64,000 nucleotides of DNA from Tubulanus polymorphus (taxonomy: Eukaryota; Animalia; Nemertea), in assembly GCF_964204645.1 (NCBI RefSeq), contig NC_134028.1:1302001-1366000 (forward strand). Reading direction: 5' to 3'. Positions 38,201 to 64,000 of the stretch are shown one piece after another. Both the position numbers and the translations under genes were made by a program. A model generated the notes under the pieces. The model made no database searches and was not told the DNA's origin. It saw nothing but the letters and a program-made list of their open reading frames with translations. Position 1 is the first letter of the stretch, and every line of letters starts with the position of its first letter.

Positions 38201-41200
38201 AACTTCACTCAATTTCAAATCTTTACACTCGGGTTGGTTTTCTTTATTCACACATGTGTTGATATCAGAGGTTACTCCATCGAGTTGCAAAGACGCCGCA
38301 AAATCTTTCGCCTGAGTTGTGTCGTATCCGGAACTATTAGATAGGGTTTTATGTAGCGTGGAACACTCGAGACCTAATTCATTCAGATTGTTCGTAGTTT
38401 CTACAGTTTGCTCATTTTGACTACTAGGCATATTTTCAAGGTTTACAACAATCCTGGAAACATCTTCCATGTTTATATCAGTTCGTTCATTGTCAGTTTT
38501 CGATGAATCGATCCCAGTACATGTATCGACAATTACATTCGCAACATCAATCTGTACACTTCCCTGTTCCGAGCTCAACTTCGTATGAATGCCTCCTCTT
38601 CCTATCGAAACATTTAAATTATTTGCCTCGGTGTCTTCATCAGGTTTTTCGATTTTAACATGAATACTTATGTCATTTGTACACCCATCATCTTCAATCC
38701 AAACTTTTGAAGTGTAGTTCAATATTTCATGATCATCGATGCTTTGTAAGAATTTTACCACGAGTTCGTTGGCAAAAACGTTCGCGATATTCGTAAATAA
38801 GACATGTTCAATACAAGACATCATAGAGACGACCACATCATCATCAAGACGTTTGCCAGTTATCGAAATATATTTCGATTCGTAGAGCATAAACAACTGA
38901 CGTGTTGCGCTAGATAATTTGAGTACCATTCCAACCAATGACGATTCGGTTGTTATTATTTCCTCGATGATTTCTGTTGACTCGGAGGTTACATCATTTT
39001 TGAGACATGTTTCCAGTATTTTCTTATCCTCAGCAGATGTGAGTTTACACAGTTCATTAGTGAGTGTAGTGATTATATTAGAAACAGCATCTGCATCCCT
39101 CGATTGATCGGACGTCACTAAAATCTGAGTTATCTTTGATTCAAGCAACTCGCGAAATATGTTAAGTTTTTCATTTTGCTGACCATGTTGTATGCTAAGC
39201 CAATTAGATACAGTTTTGTCCGTTTCAGTTAAAGCTTTAGCCGATATGACGCCTTCGCCAGAAGCATCAAAACAGCTAATTGCTTCTGTTTTGGAGACGG
39301 TATTGTAGGGATGATCTAATTCCGAGCTGGAAATTTCTACCTCATGTTGAATATCAATGCGATCGGATGAAAGATAAGTCACTTGAGGTTGTACTTCATT
39401 AGTATATACATTTTCATCAGCAATGGCATAAGCATCAACTTGTTCATCAGTACGATAATCATTTAAAACCAACTTGCTTTCATCAGCGGCATGGCGCCTC
39501 TCTTCTTCATTAACCACAGTCTTCTCTATATCTATCTCGATAATCTGAGGAGCATTCCTATTCTGCTGAACCTCCTCAATCACAATCAAATCAATCTCAG
39601 GAGTGTCTTCTTGTTCATTCTTTTTACTATTAATTTCCTCTATGAAATCAATCTCAGGAGCATTCCTATTTTGCTGAACCTCCTCGATCAAATCAATCTC
39701 AGGAGCATTCCTATTTTGCTGAACCTCCTCAATCACAATCAAATCAATCTCAGGAGTGTCTTCTTGTTCATTCTTTTTACTATTAATTTCCTCTATGAAA
39801 TCAATCTCAGGAGCATTCCTATTTTGCTGAACCTCCTCGATCAAATCAATCTCGGGAGCATCTTCTTGTTCATTCTTTTTGCTATGAATCTCTTCTATCA
39901 AATCGATCTCAGGAGCATTCCTAATTTGCTGAGCCTCTTCAATTAAAATCAAATCAATCTCAGGAGCATTCCTATTTTGCTGAACCTCCTCAATCACAAT
40001 CAAATCAATCTCAGGAGTGTCTTCTTGTTCATTCTTTTTACTATTAATTTCCTCTATGAAATCAATCTCAGGAGCATTCCTATTTTGCTGAACCTCCTCG
40101 ATCAAATCAATCTCGGGAGCATCTTCTTGTTCATTCTTTTTGCTATGAATCTCTTCTATCAAATCGATCTCAGGAGCATTCCTAATTTGCTGAGCCTCTT
40201 CAATTAAAATCAAATCACGCTCAGGAGCATTCCTATTTTGCTGAACCTCCTCAATCACAATAAAATCGATCTCAGGAGCATTCCTAATTTGCTGAACCTC
40301 TTCGATAACAATCAAATCAATCTCGGGAGCGTCTTCCTGTTCATTCTTATTACTATAAATCTCCTCAATCATGTCAATCTCAGGAGCAGATTCTTGAGCA
40401 ATTTCATCTTGCTCATTCGTGTTCCTTTGCATCTCCTCAATATCATCCAAATTCAGAATTTCAGTAGTATCGCTCCAAGTATCTTCTTCACAGGGAAGCA
40501 AAGCATTATCATCAAACGTTTCTACCATCGAGTCACTTTCATTAACTCCATTGCGAATACCCTCAGAACTATGAAGTCTTTTTTCAGCAACAGTATTATT
40601 CAAACTGTCACATGAAGCTAATTCCTCAAGGGCAGCTTTGTTTTTCCAAATATCACTCTCAGAGTTCGAACTCAGACTACCCACAGCCCACTCACAAGTA
40701 ATAGATTGTTCACTGTCCACTGCTTCATGATTCACTACATGATCACCATTATCATCAGTGTCATCGTTGTCATCAGTATCATCGTTGTCATCAGTATCTA
40801 TGAGTAACGAATAATCAACATCACTAGCGCAGAAATCATCATCATCATCAGTTACATGTGATAATAAGTCCTCATCATCATCAGTTGGACACCTATTCGC
40901 TTGAAATTGTAGAAAGTTTTGAAATCTTAAATTCAGATCATTTTCAGTATTATCATCATCAAAAACAACACTGTGATCTCCAAGCTCATCTAAGTAACCC
41001 GCCAGTGAGTTATTTGTCTTTCTCACATGACAATTTTCGTGCTGCAGTTTAGCAGAATATTCGGATTTCGACATGTCCAATAACGAATTACCAATTTCAG
41101 GCAGAGATATAAAGTTTTCAAAATCGACTAGTTCTGAATCCTCTGATTTGATAAGTAGATTTTCAAACGCCTTTTTGCACAGTGGAACACTGAATTCATC

Positions 41201-41720
41201 AACGCGAGTTAATACAACCTTCAGATCTTCGTGAATATTGAATTTTCGTCTGAGTTCATCCTCGCGGGTATCTCTATCAGATCGATGCATTCTGGTATTC
41301 AATATCTTATCATCGGAATCATCTACAATACAACCAAATATACATTTACTTTGAACATTAGCAACAACGATGAGAGACAGCTAGCGGAATCATCGAATCA
41401 AGCATTTTATCTACATTGTTACGATAAAGAAATTTACCACTACTTAAACTGTTCGATCTTTGACCAACAGTCACGGACCGAAGTTGTCTGTGGCAAAGAC
41501 GTTTTTTCGTGGATCCACAAACTCGGCAAGGTTGTATCGAAAGTCTCTTTCCCGACACTGGTGACCAAACCGCTGCCCACTTACTTTCCATGTTTGAAGG
41601 CGGGGGACTCGGGGGTGGGCTATCAGGAGAATAGTCGAGACATCCCGAACCAAGTGAGTATGAATGACGCATAGCACTGTCATCAGATCCAGAATGGTTG
41701 AATTTAGATGAATTTCTCAT
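35286..41720 (-). CDS. Large (~2000 aa) acidic, low-complexity, probably nuclear protein of unknown family
   Basis: Three in-phase exons with canonical sites: 41438-41720, 36191-41322 (5.1 kb) and 35286-36044. Contains NLS-like PIKKKRKIKNR, PIDLR/PIDLS motifs, TQT motifs and several internal repeats. No globular domain recognised. Confidence 0.75.
36197..36412 (-). repeat. Coding tandem repeat, 54 bp / 18 aa (ASPAELRNRNVDGLFPKK) x4
   Basis: Visible in DNA and in the 1718-aa ORF. Confidence 0.9.
36880..37240 (-). repeat. Coding tandem repeat, 90 bp / 30 aa (DEATLQRDSSIATGNLRQDSAASQ..) x4
   Basis: Visible in DNA and in the ORF. Confidence 0.9.
39540..40390 (-). repeat. Coding compound tandem repeat (APEIDLI(VI)EE..) with about 17 copies of the core
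   Basis: Repeated aatctcaggagc core, frame preserved throughout. Confidence 0.9.
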
Positions 41721-42332
41721 TTTCTTCAATGCTATATGAGGAGAAATAGATGAAAAACAAATAGAAACTAGTTGGATGAAGACTTAAGTGAACCTGTCTA
41801 CTGAAAAGAAATTATGAGAGTTCAAATAGCAAGCTTATATTCCAAGGTAACTTAAGTACCTGACCATAAGTACCCACAGAAAAAGTCCACTTTTCCAGCA
41901 AAAATGGCACGAAAAAAATGTCCTCTATTCATAATCTATTTCTCTTACCTGTCAATAGTCATATAAGAGTTTTCAAGTTAAACAAACATTTGTGTATAAT
42001 CTATTTTGACTAAAGGCAGGCACAATTCACCTTATTCATACTATCTCAATGTGGAGGAAAAATTTCATGATAATTAAAAAAGGCATCTGAACATTCATAT
42101 CATACTATCCTTAGGTCGAGATCTAATCACTGATTGACTTGAGTCAATAAATGCTAAAAAGAGTACAACCAAGTGTATATATATATATATATATATATAC
42201 CATCATATAAGATCAATAACCTAGTTTTTACTGTAAGTTAAACACTAATTACAATATAGAATAAAAACTGGGTCATAGATTCTCTAATCTGAGACAAACA
42301 AAAAAGTAGAATAATTAAATATCATTGTTACA

Positions 42333-42485
42333 CAGTCAACCCCCTATAAACTGCCACCCTCTCTTGATACCAGATTTCTTGTTTATAACAACGGAACATC
42401 AGCAGTTTTGGAACTAGTCAAACTAAACTTCCATAACCGCCAAATACATGTCACCATCCTGGGCAGAATATCAGAGGGTTGACTG
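42333..42485. mobile_element. Short pogo/Tigger-like MITE
   Basis: Inverted ends cagtcaaccc..gggttgactg. Confidence 0.5.
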
Positions 42486-43319
42486 TCTAATGGTCTGTAA
42501 TGGTCTGTAGCTACCGTTTAGATAAACAACTCAAGTCATTTTAAGTGCAACTAAGAACCTAGTAACACTGAATTACATCATCCATCATTAAAATCCCTGT
42601 TTCTATCTCCAAAGCACTGACTATCCTATCTCCTCTAGCACGCTCACTTTCAACTAGGAAGTTATTAATCTGCACTAATCTAAAATTATTTAAATGTGGG
42701 CATACTGACACACTTGACAATACCAGTTATAACAAGACCTGTTGTCATACTGACATTTGTAAGCAATATGTTTCCTTGCTATGGAAATAGGCTACAAGTG
42801 ATAACAATGTTGGTGAGTTTTTATCAGCCCGCATTTTACTGTCAAGTTATCTGAAAAATCACTTATTTATGGAAATCCTATTACTCTGACTCATTGTATC
42901 GGTCTCTGAAGCTGTAACGAAAAAAAGCTACGACTTAAATGTCATAACACTTGTTCTTATTCATTCCTCACAAATTCATTACTTGTAAACTGGGATGATA
43001 GGAAATGCATATATAACCTTAATCTTCCAGATGGCATTCTACCGAGAATGCTATCGTTGAAAGCAGTTCTCTATATTTTTGGTACTGCCGGTGTTTGTGT
43101 GCACAGCAGCTGGACCGAACTCACAGCTTGCCCTGGCTGGTTATAATCATTACAATCAAATTCTACAGCATCTAACTAAGTAAGAAGATTGATTAAGATT
43201 GGGGATTTTAAATACCTTTCTTGATGTCAACGTAAAATCGTTAATCTCTTGTCTTCCATCATAGACGATATACCGGTAATGTATACACAACACCACAGCA
43301 TCCAACCTGACCTGACACG

Positions 43320-43500
43320 CCACGATAGATTGTTGTTGCTGCGCCGACGCTAATCAGCACCCGATGTAATAACGCCACGTGCAATCCGCGCGGGAACGCG
43401 GGAGTATACATGGGAAATACCCAGCATCATTCGCATGCAAGGGACGCTTTCTCCAGCGAGCCAGGACTCCTGGGCGGACGGCGCGCTTTTATTTCTACTC
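43320..43500 (-). promoter_or_regulatory. CpG-rich island, likely promoter of the 35286-41720 gene
   Basis: Local CpG/GC enrichment in an AT-rich background; candidate 5'UTR donor aaag|gtattt near 43215 and acceptor just upstream of the ATG (~41731). Confidence 0.4.
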
Positions 43501-43996
43501 GTGGGATGGTGATGATGATACCATCCCTTTAGGCGATCGGGTTTAAAGTCTCTCCTCCTAGGTCTAAAGTCTCCACATATATTTCTTTATATAATGGTAT
43601 ATAATGGAAAGAACGATGATTAACAATACTCAAATTCAAATACATTTATTTCCTCATTATGTATGTACACATAGACTGCATAGCTGAAAAGTGCATTTTA
43701 ACCTATTCGTAAAATATAATAATTACATTTAAAAATATTTATAAACTTATTAACCAATTTAATTACACGAAACGGACGTTTAAATGGTCCCGGAAAGCGA
43801 ACCGTTCTCCATCGAAAATGTTGCGAATGTTTAGAGTCCCTTTTAGTGTAAATGCGTCAACGGGAATCATTTTTTGTATTAGGAGAACAAGTCTCGGGAC
43901 GAAGAATCGAAAGAACACAAAATATCTCGACGATGCCGCATCAATGTTACGTCTCAATCATTTCGTAAACAACGGTTATTGCGAAGTCTCTCAATG

Positions 43997-59733
<15,737 letters not shown>

Positions 59734-62234
59734 CTTTAATTCTACACTCACTTCGATATACTCCGATATTTAGTTATTATCCGTTTGATATGAAACTAAA
59801 ATAATTCCAAAAATGCTCCATCGTTCGGCTGGTCAGGTGGTTTACGTATATACAAGAATAATTGCGCAAGAATTTCTGAAATATCGAAGAATGGAGTTGA
59901 TAACCGAGCGAGTAAGCGTTGACTCTTATTCATTTCATAGAATTAACTCTTTAGTCGAATTCCAACAAGGAATCGTGGAATCGGGTCCAGAATGAGAGAT
60001 TTCTACTGTTTCATATATACATCTGTACATGTCGGATATTAATGCCCACGCGTGTATAATGCATATTTATTGGAAGCAACATGTTTTACATTCTATTTAC
60101 ATTGAAGGTACTTCTATAATAAGATCAATAATCGCTTTTACGTCGTTTATATAAATTCCATATCGAAATTGAATTTCAATATGTTTTCATTCCGGTATTC
60201 TATATACTGCACTTCCGGCGCATGGAATGAAACCGATTTCTTACTGTAATGATTAGATTTTTTCTCCACGAGTTCATTATATACCGAAACACGCGAAACA
60301 CAGTTCATAGATACACGTAGGAATATCCGTTTTAGATTGAAATAAACTATATTGCGATAAACTAACGTCATCGCGTTAACATGTATATACCTTAGTTTTC
60401 ATAATTGAATATATCAACTTCGATTCAATGATCTCAAATTCAAATTTCAATATGTATTTCGACTCCATTTAAAAATTCAAATTCCTGGGCTAGAATTAAC
60501 ACCTATAGACTGTAATTACGTGTCTGTATTTGCTAAAATTCATGGCGCAGTTTGATTAAATTAATGCAAATGTGTTTCGAATTATGCCATTCTATCTCAC
60601 ATAAACGAGCTGATACGGGTCCCTGATACCCGTTACCCATAAAATTAACCAATAAAATTTAAGAACTTACCGATTCTATTTACATGGTTTTTTCTTAAAT
60701 CAAATATGAAATCCTTGTGTTTAATTAGGAGAATGTTTGTCCTGGTGTATCGTGTATTACTAATTAACCACACCCGAGTTCGGTACTGCGTATAAAACTG
60801 TACACAACACAATCCTGTATGTGTCGTCCTGTCCTAGAGCTGTAAATACTATATGCGAGCAATAACGTCCCAGCTGTGATAAATAATGTATGTTATGGCG
60901 CTACGCAAGCGCACATGTCGCCTGGTGAATTCATCATCAGCTCTCTCTCTCTCTCTCTAGAATCTACAGCTCTACCTATCTATTAATCATGGAAAAACTG
61001 ACGCAAAAAACTCGTATTATATAATTAATGAAGGAGCCTTTTGTTCGGGAGAGCGAAATTTTCCACTGTCGAAACGTCAAAGTGATAAGTGTGAACGAAC
61101 TGAATACAATACGAGTCCTGCTTTAAGTTATCGGTTTTCACGCAATATATTCAACCACTTGTAACTGTTTAAATTCAAGTGAGAATATTAATGAGAAGTC
61201 AGACAGTTTTATTCTATGATGATATTTCAGAGAGCCAACAATAGTAGTGTATTGTATCAATATTAATAATATTTAAACCATTATTCTATAATTTATTACA
61301 CTTTTTCAGTAATTTCTGGAATTGTTGTTTTAAAAATGTGTCACCATTAAGAATAGATTGAATTTAGAAATTTCCAGCGTTCTCGCATTTTTGGTGCAAT
61401 GACCGACTATTTTTTTTACTTTAGGGGCCATTTTTTTAAACACGTCTGTATCTATTTGATTGGAGTAATTACCACCAGGGGGTGCTGTAGCGTTTCGCGG
61501 TTGTTCCAAAAATAACATTCTTCATTGCTATATATGGCGGACATCAGCTCTCAGCAGTAGAAACCACCTGTAGTACGCAGACTATTATAGCATCGTAGAT
61601 TACCAACTCTCCTGATACCACTGCACCCGTCTGAGGGTCACGAGGAAGTCCCCCAGGGCAGCATGAAGTAAAGGGTTCAATTTATGAGGAATTTGCAAAT
61701 TATGATTCACAAATTCAGAGCAACGTTTGGGAAAATTTGATCGCCATTGATTCGGACTTCGATTGGTCTGAAAGCTGAGGAAAGTCCACGTAGGTTTGAA
61801 GTGGTATCTTTTAGCTCTGCTGTTTGGGGAGGAATAAGTTTGAACCCATTTCAGGAGATACCCACTAGAATGGATTATAATGTAAAGTAAACACCATAAT
61901 GCAGAAACTATCTTTTTATTCTTTCGAAAAACCAACAATCTTTGAATTATTTTACAAGAAGCTGCAGCAAAACCGTATAATACACTGAATGTATGTTAGG
62001 AACACACTTCGCTCGCCATAAAACATTATTAATATAGCTATTATTCACAACTGGATTTTCTTATTTCATTTCTCTGTTTCATTATCCATAATTCATAATG
62101 ATAAAAATGTAAACAGAATATTGTAATTATTTCGCTATAACTCATCAGTATAAAGAACATTACTAATTCGTAATAAATAAGATATGAAGCCACAATTATT
62201 GTCTCATCGCACCACTCTCTTGTTAGTACATAAT

Positions 62235-62490
62235 CTTCATCTTATGTGACCACAGTCCGTAAGGTCAACCTTACGTCGAAGCGACAAACAAACCTCCCAC
62301 ACACCACTCAGCGCAATCTATACACTGACCAAATACGTAGGATTTGGATTGTTCAGCGCAAACCAGTTTGGCATGTACCGACAAAAGGTCTCGTTACCGT
62401 TATGTAATGAAGGTAGTGGCTTCAATTTACGCCAGTCCTGTACACGACAATTTGACCATGGAACAACGGGTTTAATCCAGTGTTTTACTA
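62235..62490 (-). pseudogene. Frameshifted paralogue of the coding-like segment at 63797-64000
   Basis: FCRYMPNWF matches FCRYVPNWF; DNA similarity continues (tttggtca..tatagattgcgc..tgagtggt..tgg) but with indels and stops. Confidence 0.55.
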
Positions 62491-63796
62491 TATATGACAA
62501 TATGACATGTACATAGTTAGAATTTTGATATCAAATATATTTTCTTAATCAAATCATAAGCGTCCTTGAGATGAAGGAAGATATTTCGAATTTTCCAAGT
62601 GTATCTTTTTTACAGAAAATATGCATCCAATTGTTTATATGTATATACTTTCAATTTGATATCATACGCGCCCGAGTTTCCTCCTCGCCGAACAGAACAT
62701 CGTCTATCAGAACATCCGAACATCCACAGCCATTTCAGATGAGCCTTAGGCTATATATAATAGAAGATATGATACAGCTCCAGTTCTATCAACTCTCGCT
62801 GATTAAGTATGCGGGGAAAAAAATGAAAACATCGCTGCAGAAAAAAAGCAATCAGGAAGACAACGAACAGGTTCCAGTGTCCACTATTAAGTGAGCTGAA
62901 CCATGAACTGGATCAGAGCGAACTCTAGAATCAGCTCAGCGCTCAACTCATATTTACAAATACCATATTTACACTTACTTTGTACAATTTCAGGTTTTGC
63001 TTTTAGTTATAATGATATACTGTACATACCGTCCACATACATAGGATGAAACAAAAACAACTGCTTACACTAGTCAATTAACTGACCATCATCCCTAATG
63101 CCTTTAGTATATAACATCTATTAGATTCATAATTATATATAGTATCATTCTTAACCAATAAACAAACTACATTCTAGTAATTGATATCAGCAATTATAGC
63201 ATTAACAATTTACAATTTGATTCATAACTTTGATATAACTTAATAAACAAAACGTCCCGTTTTAGCACCAATACTTTTTACGAAATACAAGAGCATTATC
63301 TAGAATTGCGTTAAATGTTAGAGTACGATTTCCTCACTGGAAACGGTCCAGTAAATGTTGACTTGTTCTATTGTTGTATTGTTGTATCTCGTACGAACGA
63401 ACTTGAAAGGCCAGACGTAACAAAACGGCATCACGAAACTGATACGAAAAGGGCGTTGTATCCGTAGAACAGCGAATACACAATAAGCGACTATTGTAGA
63501 AATCAGTATTTCCATTTTGTTTCTAATCCGAAGATATTTTTTTACAATCACAATCACACTGATGATTATCAATATTATCACAAGCACATTATTTCTTATT
63601 ATTCCGAATAAATGTTCCTGAAAATGAAAAGAAAAAAAAAATTGAACATCATGAGATTACTGAATGAAAGGTTTAAATAGATGATGCAAGTTACAAAGCT
63701 AATCGAGTTTTTTTCAAGGAATGGGTTTGGAATTTGTAGCTTTTTATCGGTCAAAATTAAAAGAAAGATTTAAAAAAAAGCTATTATTGGAATGGA

Positions 63797-64000
63797 TTAT
63801 TGGTCATGGCACCTCTGTATAAACGAATCATCATATTCAGTGATCACAGTCATGAGAGCATGATCAGATCGAGACGGCAAACTAACCTTCCACGGACCAC
63901 TCATGCGCAATCTATATGATTGACCAAATACTTCGGTTTTGGATTGTTCTGGTACAAACCAGTTTGGCACGTACCGACAAAAGATCACGTTACTGTTATA
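63797..64000 (-). CDS. Fragment of an unknown gene running off the window end
   Basis: Open frame YNSNVIFCRYVPNWFVPEQSKTEVFGQSYRLRMSGPWKV..; a local diverged duplicate suggests coding origin. No family recognised. Confidence 0.4.
   Translation of the reverse strand, partial: YNSNVIFCRYVPNWFVPEQSKTEVFGQSYRLRMSGPWKVSLPSRSDHALMTVITEYDDSFIQRCHDQ

Noticed and set aside
61600-61938. 112-aa minus-strand ORF
   Set aside because: Non-ATG start and no recognisable domain; it may be an exon relic but cannot be supported.

Overview
AT-rich, intron-containing eukaryotic DNA, most likely from an invertebrate animal. The main feature is an apparently complete 16.4-kb DNA transposon (17421-33791) of the KDZ/Zisupton type (HMGXB3-related). 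It is flanked by an exact 8-bp target-site duplication (CGCTATAC) and has very long inverted arms. Each arm holds a tandem array of a 59-bp unit (about 25 copies left, 61 right), and that unit carries the same 16-bp motif that is triplicated at both termini. The element's spliced minus-strand gene encodes zinc fingers, SWIM, CxC4, SAP, a KDZ transposase core, a Josephin/ataxin-3-like cysteine protease and two PHD fingers. Downstream are a 3-exon gene for a ~2000-aa acidic, probably disordered protein (SIM-like repeats, CtBP PxDLS motifs, LC8 TQT motifs) and a multi-exon Delphilin (GRID2IP)-like formin gene (3 PDZ, harmonin-N-like domains, FH1-FH2). The first 17 kb are mostly minisatellites, MITE-like elements and a possible small spliced gene. 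The last 2 kb contain a coding-like fragment and a frameshifted copy of it. Domain calls are by manual motif recognition, not database searches.
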